Positions 11,012 to 20,937 of a DNA stretch of 64,000 nt are shown here, piece by piece. Each line of letters starts with the position of its first letter. Within the stretch, counting starts at the first letter, position 1. This DNA is from an uncultured delta proteobacterium (GTDB lineage: Bacteria > Desulfobacterota > Binatia > JACPRU01). The stretch lies in assembly GCA_963745025.1 (NCBI GenBank), contig CAVUWD010000016.1:1-64000 (forward strand), given 5' to 3'. The translations under genes and the position numbers were made by a program. Below the pieces are notes generated by a model. It had not been told where the DNA came from. It ran no database searches and saw only the letters and a program-made list of their open reading frames with translations.

Positions 11012-11740
11012 TCAGGCGGGCGGTCTTGACCGCCTGTGCCAATTCCGGACGTTCGCTCGGTTCTTGCAGCGCCACGAGCAGAATTTTTTCAACGCGTTCG
11101 ACTTGCGGGCCGGGAACAAGGCTTCGCAGTCCTCGCACACGCGAAGCGTCGTCGCAGGGTCCACGCTGACCCGCCAAAGCTCGAGAAGAGATCTCGATCA
11201 GCCATGCGGGACGGAGTTCCGCTCGAACCCGCCCGCGACGATCCGACGATAGGATCGGGCGGACCGCCACGTCGAGGCGTCGCGTTTCGTCGTCGAAGGC
11301 GAAAGCGTATTGCCGCCATCGGCGCTGCAACCGTTTCCGTGCGGGAACCTTTTCGAACCCTGACGGTGGCGCGGGAAGATGAGGCGACTTCCAGCGCCGC
11401 GCCTGTAGCGCCTCGCACCAGCGGGCGAACCGTTGCAGCCTCCGAAGCTCGTCACGAACCCCTGCCACTGGCTCCACGCCGCCGCCGTGGAGGCCGAGAA
11501 GCCCCCACTTACCGACGACGCTAGGAGCTGTTTCGGGTCGTCGGGATCGAGCCTCATCGCGTCACTGAAAATCTCGGGAGCCTGCGTGGCGGCGTCGTAG
11601 TCGTGCGGCACGCTCGTCTCCACGAGCACCGTCATCGGAATGTCCGCCGGGAGCACCCACCGGTGCCCGCGAGGGTCCTCAGCTAGGCGGCGGCGAAGGC
11701 GCGGGGGCGCGGGGTCGAGAAGCTCCACGCCGAAGACGGT
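11012..11740 (-). pseudogene. CGNR-type zinc-finger domain protein, frameshifted (start approximate)
   Basis: A frame not shown in the track reads TLRVCEDCEALFPARKSNALKKFCSWRCKNRANVRNWHRR* (CxxC...FCSxxCxNR). The upstream part is split over ORFs 11198-11890 and 10944-11477. Confidence 0.65.
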
Positions 11741-11983
11741 TCTCTCCCCCCGTAGTAGTGCCCGCTGAGTGTCCCACCGTGCTCCATGATGAACTATCCT
11801 CTTAATCCGAAACCCAACTCCAAACCCAACTCCTTGCGGCTTAGGAGCGCAAGGGCTTAAAGAAGGGATGAAGTCCATGGCCGCCTGCACGCATCTGAAG
11901 CAAATCCGATCAAATTCGCGACCAGTTTCGTCTTGATGCTCGTCGAGCGCGGGCTCCTGGGTTGCGGGCGCAGCCTGCTAGGC

Positions 11984-12121
11984 TTTTCCAACGTCATGCT
12001 GACGCACGACTACAGTGGTGCGCGAGCCTATTCCCAGAGCAAGCTTGCACGAATCATGTTCATCATCGATCTGGCCGACGACCTGGAGGGCTCGGAGGTC
12101 AGCGTCAACTGTCTCCATGCG
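11984..12121 (+). pseudogene. Short-chain dehydrogenase internal fragment
   Basis: NVMLTHDYSGARAYSQSKLARIMF...VSVNCLH carries the YxxxK motif; no Rossmann N-terminus. Confidence 0.65.
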
Positions 12122-12403
12122 ATCAGCTTGGAGCTGGCCGGTCTTTCTTCAAGAGCCAGACACATCAAGCCCACTCGAGTGGTGCTGGACGGGCCGATCG
12201 GGCTGACGCATGCGCCTTTGAGAGAAGTTCAGAACCCAGGAAGCGAGGTTCGCCTTCGTGACGGGGATCGGAAGCCGGGCACCATCATCGACGAGAGGGC
12301 GGTGAGCCGGTCAAGATTTCAGCGAGACGGTCGCCGCGGCATTGTCGACACCCATCGTGTCGTATATGGATGTCGCAAGCACCAAACTGCTTTGGGGGTC
12401 GAC

Positions 12404-12859
12404 ATGAATCTCGAGCATGAATTCAGCTACCAGGCCACCCTGAAACCGCCGCTCGACGTCGGCCCGGGGCCGTACGGTACCCGGCTGGTGGTCGAGGTCA
12501 CCGGCGGACGCTTCGAAGGCAAGCGCCTCAAAGGCAAGATCCTGACCGGGGGAGGCGACTGGCTGCTCGTCGGGAGCGACGGCTTCGCGCGGCTCGATGT
12601 GCGCGCCCAGCTCGTCACCGACGACGGCGCGGCGATCTACGTGTCCTATTTCGGCGTGCTCGAGATGAACGCCAAGACGCAAGCCGCGCTCGCCGATCCC
12701 GCTATGGGTACCGATTTCGCAGACCAATACTTTCGTACGAACCCGCGATTCGAAACCGGCGATCCGCGCTATGCGTGGCTCAACCAGGCGCTGTTCGTCG
12801 GCGAGGGGCGGGTTCTCCCCAATCGGACGGTCGAATACCGGGTCTATCGCGTGACGTAA
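12404..12859 (+). CDS. DUF3237 (UPF0311) family protein
   Basis: GPYGTR...VTGGRFEG.RLKG, GGDWLLV, LDVRAQLVTDDGAAIYVSY and YFRTNPRFETGDPRYAWLN motifs; ATG at 12404. Confidence 0.88.
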   Translation: MNLEHEFSYQATLKPPLDVGPGPYGTRLVVEVTGGRFEGKRLKGKILTGGGDWLLVGSDGFARLDVRAQLVTDDGAAIYVSYFGVLEMNAKTQAALADPAMGTDFADQYFRTNPRFETGDPRYAWLNQALFVGEGRVLPNRTVEYRVYRVT

Positions 12860-13164
12860 GCCCGCCGCGGAGAAACGGCGGACGCGCGAGTGGGCGAGCC
12901 GCCCGCGGATCGCGGCCGTGGGCGGGCGAGCGCGACGTACCTCCCCGACTGCCCCCGGCCACGGCGGGGAAAACTCCAATCACCCTGCGGGCTCCTTCCG
13001 TTTCCCCCGCCGCCATGATCACCTCTCCGTTATGATCGAAAGGTGGACATGATCACCGATCCATTAGCCCGGACAGGATCACTGACCTTCCGCAACCCGA
13101 TGGGTCCGGCTTGACGGGCGCACTATCCGCACCGTAAAGGCGCAGCGTCGGTGAGAAGAGGAAA

Positions 13165-14346
13165 GTGGAGTCGGCGAAGGGAGCCGGCCAGGCGGGATTC
13201 GCAAGTGGGCGCTTGACCCCAAGATCCGCGAGAACCGAACGGGATGCCGACGTCGAGGTCGCCGGTGGCGATGTGCGTTGCGTCGGTGCCTGGACCGTCG
13301 ACCACATGGCCCGACTGGAAGCTCGGCTCGATCACATCGGTTGGCCGGGTGGGACAGAGGTCGTGATCGAGGGCTCGGCCGTGAGCGCGATGGACACGGC
13401 CGGCGCGTGGGTCCTTCGCCAGATCCTCCAAACCCTCGAGCGCAGCGGACGGCGGGTATCGCTACGGGGCCTTCGCGCCGAGCATGAGGCCCTGCTCCGG
13501 ATGGTGGGATCGCCCGACGTGGGGGACGTGCTCGCCACGGCCGTAGCGAGGCCTTCATTTCTGGAGCGGGTTGGGGCGACCGCCTGGAAGGGCGCGGAGC
13601 AGACTCTCGAGATGCTCTCCTTCGTGGGCGAGACCGCGCTCGTGGGCCTTCGGTCCGTCTCTCGACCCTCGCGGATTCGCTGGAAGCCCATCCTGTTCAA
13701 CATCCGGATCGCCGGAGTCGACGCGTTGCCCATCACGGGACTCCTCTGCTTCCTCATGGGGATCGTCATCGCCTACCAGGGTGCGACGCAGCTCCGGCGC
13801 TACGGCGCCAACATCTTCGTGGCCGACCTCGTGGGGCTCGCCATGCTGCGCGAGCTCTCCCCGCTGCTCACCGCCATCATCGTCGCCGGCCGCTCCGGAT
13901 CGGCGTACGCGGCGCAGATCGGCACGATGAAGGTGACCGAGGAGATCGACGCGCTGCGCACCGTGGGCATCGTTCCGATCGAGTTGCTGGTGCTGCCGAA
14001 GATCGTCGCTCTCGCGATCGCGCTGCCGCTCCTCAGCGTCTACGCCGACATCCTCGGCGTAGCGGGCGGCATGGTGATGGCGAAGAGGGAGCTCGCCGTC
14101 GGCTTTCCGGACTTCCTGGATCGGCTGCAGTACGCGCTGCGCCTCTCGGATTTCCTGGTCGGGATCGGCAAGGCGCCCGTGTTCGCCGCAATCATCGCCC
14201 TGGTCGGCTGCTTCCAGGGCTTCCAGGTCACGGGCGATGCCGAGAGCGTGGGGCGCAGGACGACGGTGAGCGTGGTCCAGTCGATCTTCCTGGTGATCGT
14301 GGCCGACGCGCTCTTCTCGGTGGTATTCGACGCCCTCGGGATCTGA
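13165..14346 (+). CDS. mlaE: MlaE-family ABC permease with N-terminal STAS domain (start uncertain)
   Basis: MDTAGAW STAS motif; LRELSPLLTAIIVAGRSGSAYAAQIGTMKVTEEIDAL. Confidence 0.93.
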   Translation: MESAKGAGQAGFASGRLTPRSARTERDADVEVAGGDVRCVGAWTVDHMARLEARLDHIGWPGGTEVVIEGSAVSAMDTAGAWVLRQILQTLERSGRRVSLRGLRAEHEALLRMVGSPDVGDVLATAVARPSFLERVGATAWKGAEQTLEMLSFVGETALVGLRSVSRPSRIRWKPILFNIRIAGVDALPITGLLCFLMGIVIAYQGATQLRRYGANIFVADLVGLAMLRELSPLLTAIIVAGRSGSAYAAQIGTMKVTEEIDALRTVGIVPIELLVLPKIVALAIALPLLSVYADILGVAGGMVMAKRELAVGFPDFLDRLQYALRLSDFLVGIGKAPVFAAIIALVGCFQGFQVTGDAESVGRRTTVSVVQSIFLVIVADALFSVVFDALGI

Positions 14347-14347
14347 G

Positions 14348-15142
14348 ATGGAAGGAGGGGAAAGCACGTCCGAGCCGATCGTCGAGGTGCGCGATATCCA
14401 CACGCGCTTCGGCGACGCGATCGTCCACGACGGCGTGGGCCTGGAGGTCCGCGAGGGAGAGATCTTCGCGCTCGCGGGAGCGAGCGGGTGCGGGAAATCC
14501 ACCCTGCTGCGGGAGATCATCGCGCTCCTGCAGCCGGCTTCCGGATCGATCCGGGTGCTGGGACGCGAGGTCGTCGGCATCGATGACGAAGAGGCGCTGC
14601 CGCTTCGACGTCACTGGGGCGTCATGTTCGAACGGGGTGCCCTCTTCGGCTCGCTGACGGTCCGGGAGAACGTGGGCCTGCCCCTCCGCGAGCACACGCG
14701 GCTCGGCGATCGCCTCATCGACGAGATCGCCGCCGTGAAGATCGCGCTCACGGGGCTGCCGCCGAGCGCCGGCCCGAAGTACCCGGCGGAGCTCTCCGGC
14801 GGCATGCGGAAGCGCGCCGCGCTCGCGCGGGCGATCGCCCTCGATCCGAGGATCCTCTTCCTCGACGAGCCGACCGCCGGGCTCGATCCGCTCAGTGCCG
14901 ATGGCTTCGACGAGCTGGTGAGGAACATGAAAGAGCTGCTCGGGCTGACCATCTTCATGGTCACCCACGACCTCGATCTCCTCTGGCGCGTGGCGGATCG
15001 CGTCGCCTTCATGGTCGAGGGGCGGATCGCCGGGGTGGGAACGATGCAGGAGCTCTCGAAGTCGGAGCAGCCGCTCGTGCGAGAGTATTTCTACGGCCCG
15101 CGCGGCCGGGGAGCCCGGGAGCAAGCATGGAAACGAAAGTGA
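14348..15142 (+). CDS. mlaF: MlaF-family ABC ATP-binding protein
   Basis: Walker A GASGCGKS, signature LSGGMRKR, Walker B LFLDEPTAGLDP. Confidence 0.95.
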   Translation: MEGGESTSEPIVEVRDIHTRFGDAIVHDGVGLEVREGEIFALAGASGCGKSTLLREIIALLQPASGSIRVLGREVVGIDDEEALPLRRHWGVMFERGALFGSLTVRENVGLPLREHTRLGDRLIDEIAAVKIALTGLPPSAGPKYPAELSGGMRKRAALARAIALDPRILFLDEPTAGLDPLSADGFDELVRNMKELLGLTIFMVTHDLDLLWRVADRVAFMVEGRIAGVGTMQELSKSEQPLVREYFYGPRGRGAREQAWKRK

Positions 15143-16053
15143 GCTACGCGGTCGTCGGGGCGTTCGTACTGGTGCTGTCCGTGGCCATCGTGGGCGGGGT
15201 GCTGTGGATTGCCTCGGGTCGGGTCGCCGGCAAGGATTACGACACTTACCTCGCGTACTTTACCGAATCCGTCTCCGGCCTGAACCGGCAGGCTCCCGTC
15301 AAGTACAGGGGCGTCGACGTCGGCTCCGTGCGGGAGATCGGGCTCGACCCGGGCGATCCGCAGCGGGTCCAGCTCGTCCTTGCGATCGAACGAGACATCC
15401 CGATCAAGCAGGACACCGTGGCGGTGCTCAGCGTCCAGGGGCTCACGGGCATCGCCTTCCTGGACCTCGAGGGCGGTTCGCGGGAGTCGCCGCTCCTCGC
15501 GTCGAAGGAGCCCGGCGGGTACCCGGTCATCTCGACCCGGCCCTCGCTGCTTCGGCGGCTCGACACGGAGGTGAGTGGACTCGTTGCCGACGTCTCGCGC
15601 ACGGCGCAGAGCATCAACCTCCTTCTCGACAAGGACACGCGCACGGCGCTCCAGCGCACGATCCACGACTTCGAGAGCGCGGTCCACGTGGTCGCCGGGC
15701 GCTCGAAGGCGATCGACGCGAGCCTCGTCGACGGGGCACGAACGATGGAGAACAGCGCCCGGGTGAGCGAACGGCTGACGCAGGTCGTCGAGCAGATCGG
15801 CCGCAGCGCAGATGCCGTCGAGAGCGCGGCGGGGGACACCGCGCGAGCGAGCGAGGCGGTGCGGCACGCTGCGGGTGACGCCTCGAGCGGACTGGCAGGG
15901 CTCCGCGCCGAGATGCTGCCCGAGCTGCAGAGGCTCATCGTCGAGGCGCGGACGGTCACGGCCTCGCTCGGCCGTGTGACCCAGAAACTCGAGCGGAACC
16001 CGAGTGTGCTGCTGACGGGACCAGAGACGACGCCGCTCGGCCCCGGGGAGTGA
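15127..16053 (+). CDS. mlaD: MCE/MlaD-family substrate-binding protein
   Basis: N-terminal TM helix, SVSGL...VKYRGVDVG, QGLTG, helical region, C-terminal LERNPSVLL. Confidence 0.92.
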   Translation: METKVSYAVVGAFVLVLSVAIVGGVLWIASGRVAGKDYDTYLAYFTESVSGLNRQAPVKYRGVDVGSVREIGLDPGDPQRVQLVLAIERDIPIKQDTVAVLSVQGLTGIAFLDLEGGSRESPLLASKEPGGYPVISTRPSLLRRLDTEVSGLVADVSRTAQSINLLLDKDTRTALQRTIHDFESAVHVVAGRSKAIDASLVDGARTMENSARVSERLTQVVEQIGRSADAVESAAGDTARASEAVRHAAGDASSGLAGLRAEMLPELQRLIVEARTVTASLGRVTQKLERNPSVLLTGPETTPLGPGE

Positions 16054-16069
16054 GGCGATTCCGACTCTC

Positions 16070-16690
16070 ATGATCCCTTCGAAGCTCGTGCCGACGGCGG
16101 TGCTCGCCTTCGCGCTCGCTGGCTGCTCGGCGCTCGGGCTTGCACGCACGGAGGCTCCGAGCCTCTTCACTCTCGAGGCAACCTTCGACGGTATCCCTCG
16201 GCGCGGCGCCGCGGCGCAGGTGATCCTGGTCGCGGCGCCCCTTGCGCGGCCCGGCTACGACGGCGCACGCATGGTCTACGTGACGAGAGCGTATGAAGTC
16301 CGGTTCTTCGCGCGCCACGAGTGGGTGGCGCCTCCTGCGCAAATGCTCGCCCCCCTCTTGGCCGAGGCGCTCGAGCGAGTCGGGCGGTTCCGTGCGGTTC
16401 GGAGCCCGGCAGACGTTGCGCCAGCGTTCCGTCTCGAGACCGAGATCATCGCGCTTCAGCAGGAGTTCACGCTGCAGCCGAGCCAGACGCGGTTTGCGCT
16501 CCGGGCGCAGCTCGTCGACGTGGCGGAGCGTCGCGTCGTCGCCACCGAGGAGTTCGATACGGTGGAGCCTGCGCCTTCCGACGGCCCGTATGGCGGTGTC
16601 GTGGCCGCCAACCACGCCGTGGCTCGCGTCCTCGACGACCTAGCGAAGTGGTGCGACGCCCAGGTGCCCCGTCCGGCCGCACTGGGTTGA
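16070..16690 (+). CDS. ABC-type transport auxiliary lipoprotein (PqiC-like)
   Basis: Lipobox LAGC; MVY...HEWVAPPAQML; last gene of the Mla/Mce operon. Confidence 0.85.
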   Translation: MIPSKLVPTAVLAFALAGCSALGLARTEAPSLFTLEATFDGIPRRGAAAQVILVAAPLARPGYDGARMVYVTRAYEVRFFARHEWVAPPAQMLAPLLAEALERVGRFRAVRSPADVAPAFRLETEIIALQQEFTLQPSQTRFALRAQLVDVAERRVVATEEFDTVEPAPSDGPYGGVVAANHAVARVLDDLAKWCDAQVPRPAALG

Positions 16691-16982
16691 TCTCCATGGC
16701 GTGATTCTCAGGGCGGTGCGGCGAGCAGGCGACCTGTGGAAACGTGGCGCGGGATCATGCGACCCCGTGGTGAATGTTGGTCCCGCGCAGCATCCGAGCG
16801 CAAGGCGTGACGCGCTCGATGGGGGCCCGGCAAGGAAAGACCGCTCAGGGCGTCGACCGCTCGGAGATCCGGCCGGGTTTGGCCGTTCGGATCACCGGAA
16901 AAGATGTCCATTCTGCAGCTTGAGCGAGAGAGTTGGCTGCCGCGACTGGCTTCGCACGGTCCCCCGCGGGTTCGGTCCTGCC

Positions 16983-18170
16983 TCAGTCCGCAATCGGTTG
17001 AATGAGCAAGAAACCTTCCGGGGCCAAGCTCGTGGCAAGCATCACGTCGTTGATGTCTTCGTGCTCGAGCCAGGTATCTGCGCGGCGATGCTCTGGCTGA
17101 ATCCAGAACGCCTCGATCTCGCGGCGCACCGGCGCGTACCGCATCAGGGATGCGAGTCGCCCACCCACGTTAGGGTCGTCGGCGAACCACTCGGGCGCCT
17201 GCCGGGCGTTCCGATCCATGAAGCCGACGGCGGCAAGCCCGATGGCGAGGCCGAGCTCCCGGAATGCCAGGCGACGATGGGCGGGTGACCGGAGATCCGG
17301 CTCTTGCAGGTATTGGTGCAACCCGACGAGCGCTGCGTCGAGCAGCGCCCCGAGCAGCGGGTCGCCTTTCGCCACCGCGCCTTCCTCGATGAGCTGCTCG
17401 ACGCGAAACGCATCGACGAGCAACCCTCCAAGCCCGAGCGGATCAGCCGTCGCGAGCGCTCCCGGCTCCATCATGGCAGCGAAGTCCGCCGTCGCGTACG
17501 TCAGATCAGGCCCCGACGCAGGCGCGCCCATCCCTCGAGCGGTCGCGTCGAGCTGCGCGTACGTGACGAAGCCGTCGAGTGGGTCGTGATGTCCCATCGA
17601 CGCGACCAGCGGTCGCGACAGATCGATGCTCATCTTCCAGTGCATGCGCTTGCCGACGCCACTCGGCGGCGCGTAGGTGAATGCGCGGTGCGCCACGTCG
17701 GCGAGCTCTCGGGCCCAGGCATTGAAGATCGGCTGCCGCGTCGAACGCGTCACCCGATCGAGTGCGTGCATCCACTTCGTCAGATAGTGAAAATACTGTC
17801 CGTCGCGGTCCCATTCGAGGCGATCTTCGGCGCGCTCATCCGGCGGGCGCTCGGGCAGCGACTTGCCGATGCGGAGGCCGCCGCGCGTTGGGTGTGCCTC
17901 GCCCTCCTGCTCGCTGAGCCCGCTCAACCATCCGGTTCGCACATCATCGGAGCGGTGCCGACCGAGCGTGTGATGCACGTGATCGACCAGTCGGAGCGCG
18001 CTCTCTCGGTGGCGCCCGTCGCCGGTCGCACGCTCGAGACCGAGGAGATTGCACACGGCGAACGCGTCGGTCCAAAGGTAGCGACGCGGCGCGCGCTGGC
18101 CGGTTCCCTCCGTGCGCTCCCCGAAGCGGGTCATCAGTTCGAGGGCTTGCGCCGTACGCGCTTCCAGCAT
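16983..18170 (-). CDS. Conserved hypothetical protein (RRYLWTDAFAV family, possibly an alpha/alpha-barrel enzyme)
   Basis: Clean 395-aa ORF with RRYLWTDAFAVCN, GGLRIGK, DRDGQYFHYLTKWMHAL, WKMSIDLSRPLV, HHDPLDG, RLAFRELGL and HEDINDVMLA. Confidence 0.8.
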   Translation of the reverse strand: MLEARTAQALELMTRFGERTEGTGQRAPRRYLWTDAFAVCNLLGLERATGDGRHRESALRLVDHVHHTLGRHRSDDVRTGWLSGLSEQEGEAHPTRGGLRIGKSLPERPPDERAEDRLEWDRDGQYFHYLTKWMHALDRVTRSTRQPIFNAWARELADVAHRAFTYAPPSGVGKRMHWKMSIDLSRPLVASMGHHDPLDGFVTYAQLDATARGMGAPASGPDLTYATADFAAMMEPGALATADPLGLGGLLVDAFRVEQLIEEGAVAKGDPLLGALLDAALVGLHQYLQEPDLRSPAHRRLAFRELGLAIGLAAVGFMDRNARQAPEWFADDPNVGGRLASLMRYAPVRREIEAFWIQPEHRRADTWLEHEDINDVMLATSLAPEGFLLIQPIAD

Positions 18171-18474
18171 TCCGTCGCCTCGAAGAAGACATCTGCGCGC
18201 ACGTCGGGGCGGAGGCAAGGATGGGCCCGATTCTCACGGGCGGGCATGCGAAGACGGAAGGGACGTATCGTCACGCAGACCCGCGCACGGCGTTGTAGCC
18301 GCGATTGCCAACACGATCGACCGGCACCTCGACGTGTTTTTCCTGATGTTGGTCGCATCGCCGAGCCGCCTGCCACGTTCCCTGCTGCGAAGTCGATTCG
18401 TCAAGGGCCGGGAAATATGAGAGAGACATGAAATTGATCGACGGGACAGCGATGATCGAGGCCGGAGGATCGAC

Positions 18475-18909
18475 ATGAAAAAGTTTGAGAGGGGAAGCAT
18501 GAGGATGGCAGTGGCGGCCACCGCTCTGGCGGTGGCGATGCCGGCTTTTGCCGGCGGGCCTGACGAGGAGGCGTATCGCGCCTGGGGAAAAGAGCTCTTC
18601 GCCACGCATTGCGCCACGTGCCACGGCGCAGACGGCAAGGGTGATGGGCCCGTGGCCAAAGATCTCAAGACTTCGCCGAAGGACCTGGCGCGTATCGCGG
18701 AACGCAACGAGGGCAAGTTTCCTCCGAACTTTGTCGAAGAGATCGTCGACGGTCAGCGTTACTTCATAGCGCACGGGGATCGGGTGATGCCGATCTGGGG
18801 CGACGTCTTCGCGCAGGGGAAAGGGCAATACGCCGGCGGTATGCGTGTCTACGCACTGCGGATCTACCTCCAGTCGATCCAGGAGCCTGCGATGTCACAC
18901 GCACGCTGA
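18475..18909 (+). CDS. Monoheme c-type cytochrome, secreted
   Basis: Signal peptide, CATCH heme motif, GKGDGP, HG.RVMPIWG distal Met; RBS GGAGG. Confidence 0.92.
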   Translation: MKKFERGSMRMAVAATALAVAMPAFAGGPDEEAYRAWGKELFATHCATCHGADGKGDGPVAKDLKTSPKDLARIAERNEGKFPPNFVEEIVDGQRYFIAHGDRVMPIWGDVFAQGKGQYAGGMRVYALRIYLQSIQEPAMSHAR

Positions 18910-18963
18910 GAACGGAGTCGCACATTCGCTGCGGCGCGAGAAGCGCGCCTCGGGGAAGCCGCG
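18757..18963 (+). repeat. Direct repeat copy 1 (3' end of cytochrome c gene plus ~55 bp downstream)
   Basis: Aligns by eye to 19223-19431 with about ten substitutions and one small indel. Confidence 0.95.
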
Positions 18964-19050
18964 GAAGCTCCTCTCGACGGCCGCTCGCGTTCCGCGCCTT
19001 CTTCGCCTTCAACCGCTTGGGCCGGCCCGCCCGCGATGCGTACGGCCGCT

Positions 19051-19170
19051 CCCAGACGGTTCGACCACGTCTTCGCGTCGGCCTCTCTCAAGCCAGTGGA
19101 GGGTGCATACCTGCATGATCTGAGAAAAGCCGGCCTCAGCGATCATTCCCCGGTCGGAGTCTTGTTCGCT
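19051..19170 (+). pseudogene. Endonuclease/exonuclease/phosphatase (EEP) C-terminal fragment
   Basis: RRFDHVFAS...AGLSDHSPV, the characteristic EEP C-terminal motifs. Confidence 0.6.
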
Positions 19171-19222
19171 GCAGGATGCTCGGACAGCCGGCGAAGCAGT
19201 GGGAGCCCGAGCTGTCGAGCCA

Positions 19223-19431
19223 CGCTACTTCATAGCGCACGGGGATCGGGTGATGCCGATCTGGGGCGACGTCTTCGCGCAGGGGAAAGGGCAATACGCC
19301 GGCGCTATGCGTGTCTACGCACTTCGGATGTACCTCCAGTCGATCCAGGAACCTCCGATGTCACACGCGCGCTGAGAGCGGAGTTGCACATTCGCTGCGG
19401 TGCGAGAAGCGCGCCTAGAGGGGAAGCCGCG
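19223..19431 (+). repeat. Direct repeat copy 2 (headless copy of cytochrome c 3' end)
   Basis: Reads RYFIAHGDRVMPIWGDVFAQGKGQYAGAMRVYALRMYLQSIQEPPMSHAR* with no 5' part. Confidence 0.95.
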
Positions 19432-19461
19432 AAGGATGGCTGGAAGCGCCTACGAGCTGGT

Positions 19462-20390
19462 TCAAGAAGCACCGGGTGGCGTAGGGGCCACCGCCGGTGC
19501 CTTGGGAGCCAAGCCCCGCTGGCGGCATTCGAATCCTTCGCTCTTCAGGGCGAGCGGGCTGCGTAACGTCCAAACGCCTTCGGCGCTGCGCTCGAAGCGC
19601 GCGGCAATGTTCCGGCCCGCCTTGAGGAGCACGACGTCGAAGCTCGAGTCGGAGCCCCAGCGCTTGAACGTGACGCCGAACGACGAGCTCGCGGTGCGCG
19701 CGCCGAGGCACTGGAGATCGATGCCGGGCTCGTCTCCGCCCAGGCGCGTGACGAGGAGCGTGGTCGCGTCGTTCAAGTCCTCCGCGCTGACCAGCAAGGT
19801 CTCGGCGGGATTCACGAAGGTCTGCTCGCTGCCGTAGTGGACGGCGACGACCTTGCCGTCGTTCGGATCGAAGAGCACGAGCGACGGCGAGTCGTGCTCA
19901 TACTCGACTTCGACGGCCTGGTATGCGGAGCGGCCGAAGCGGACCGAGATAGAGGAAGCGCTCGCCGTCGCACTCGCCTTCCGGCGAGCAGTTCTCCCAG
20001 TCGGCGAGCACGAGCTTTGCTCCAGTCTTCGGGCTGAGCGTCAGCGTCGAGGCATTGCGCGACGCGATGCCCTTGCCGTGGGCGAGGTGGGTCGATTCCC
20101 ACTGCCGCTCGCAGCGACCGATCTTCGCGTCGTCGCCCTGGCAACGTCCCTCCGGGATCTTCGGTCCGTTGTGCTGCTCGAAGAGGCCCGGTGCTTGCGG
20201 CGCGCCCAGGATCTGTGCGGCTTCACTGCGCGAAAGCATCGCCGCCGGGACCGGCTCTTGCACGACGAAGCCACGCTTCAAGCCGAGATCGCTCAGCCAG
20301 AGCATGCCCGGGCGGCGCGATTCGTGAAAATAAGCGGCCGGCGCGCTCGCGGCAAGCAGCGACACGGTCAACGCCGTCGCGACAATGCTG
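19462..20390 (-). pseudogene. Secreted hypothetical protein with a frameshift near 19930 (start approximate)
   Basis: Signal-like IVATALTVSLLAASAPAA; ORFs 19898-20536 and 19462-19878 join via a frame change (GERFLYLG...VEYEHDSPSLVLFDP). Confidence 0.5.
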
Positions 20391-20937
20391 CGCGTCGTCG
20401 TCGCCGTGCTACATGCGGAAGATGCGATGGTCGGTATCGGGGAGGAGCGCACAACGTGGGCGCCCGATGGCGAGCCCGTCGCGCGTCTCCAGAGGATCGA
20501 GAATGCCATCGTCCCAGATGTGGGCCTCGCGTTCATGCTGCGTAGTCTCCCTTACTCGTCACCGATCTCGATCTCCCCGAGTTCGATTACTTCGATCCGG
20601 CACTCAGGGGAAGCCGCCTTCACCCAGGTGCTGAAGGAACTCTGCGCGAGGCATTGGGTCACGCGCGGGCCGTTCGGTTGGCTCGCTCTCGACCGCCAGG
20701 TCACGATCGAGCTTCTCCGCGCGCACGCGCTCGCCGTGCCGCTCCGGACGCTCTTCGTCGCGAGCCCCTGCCTTCGGAGCCCGTCCGAGTAATCGCTCCC
20801 GTCGCGGATGAGCCGATCGCCTGCGCCTCGCGCCCGCAAAATTCCTCGGAATACCGCAAGAGTATTCGTCGGAATTTTGCGGGCGCGATGCTTGGCGCTC
20901 GGCTCATCCGCTCGGTCCGGATTACTCGGACGGACTC

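Noticed and set aside
11933-12859. 308-aa SDR-DUF3237 fusion
   Set aside because: The SDR part is a short internal fragment, the linker is not protein-like, and DUF3237 has its own ATG at 12404.
18757-19431. Diversity-generating retroelement TR/VR pair
   Set aside because: Mismatches are not adenine-specific (many C/T and G/C), the repeat extends past the stop codon, and there is no reverse transcriptase in the window.
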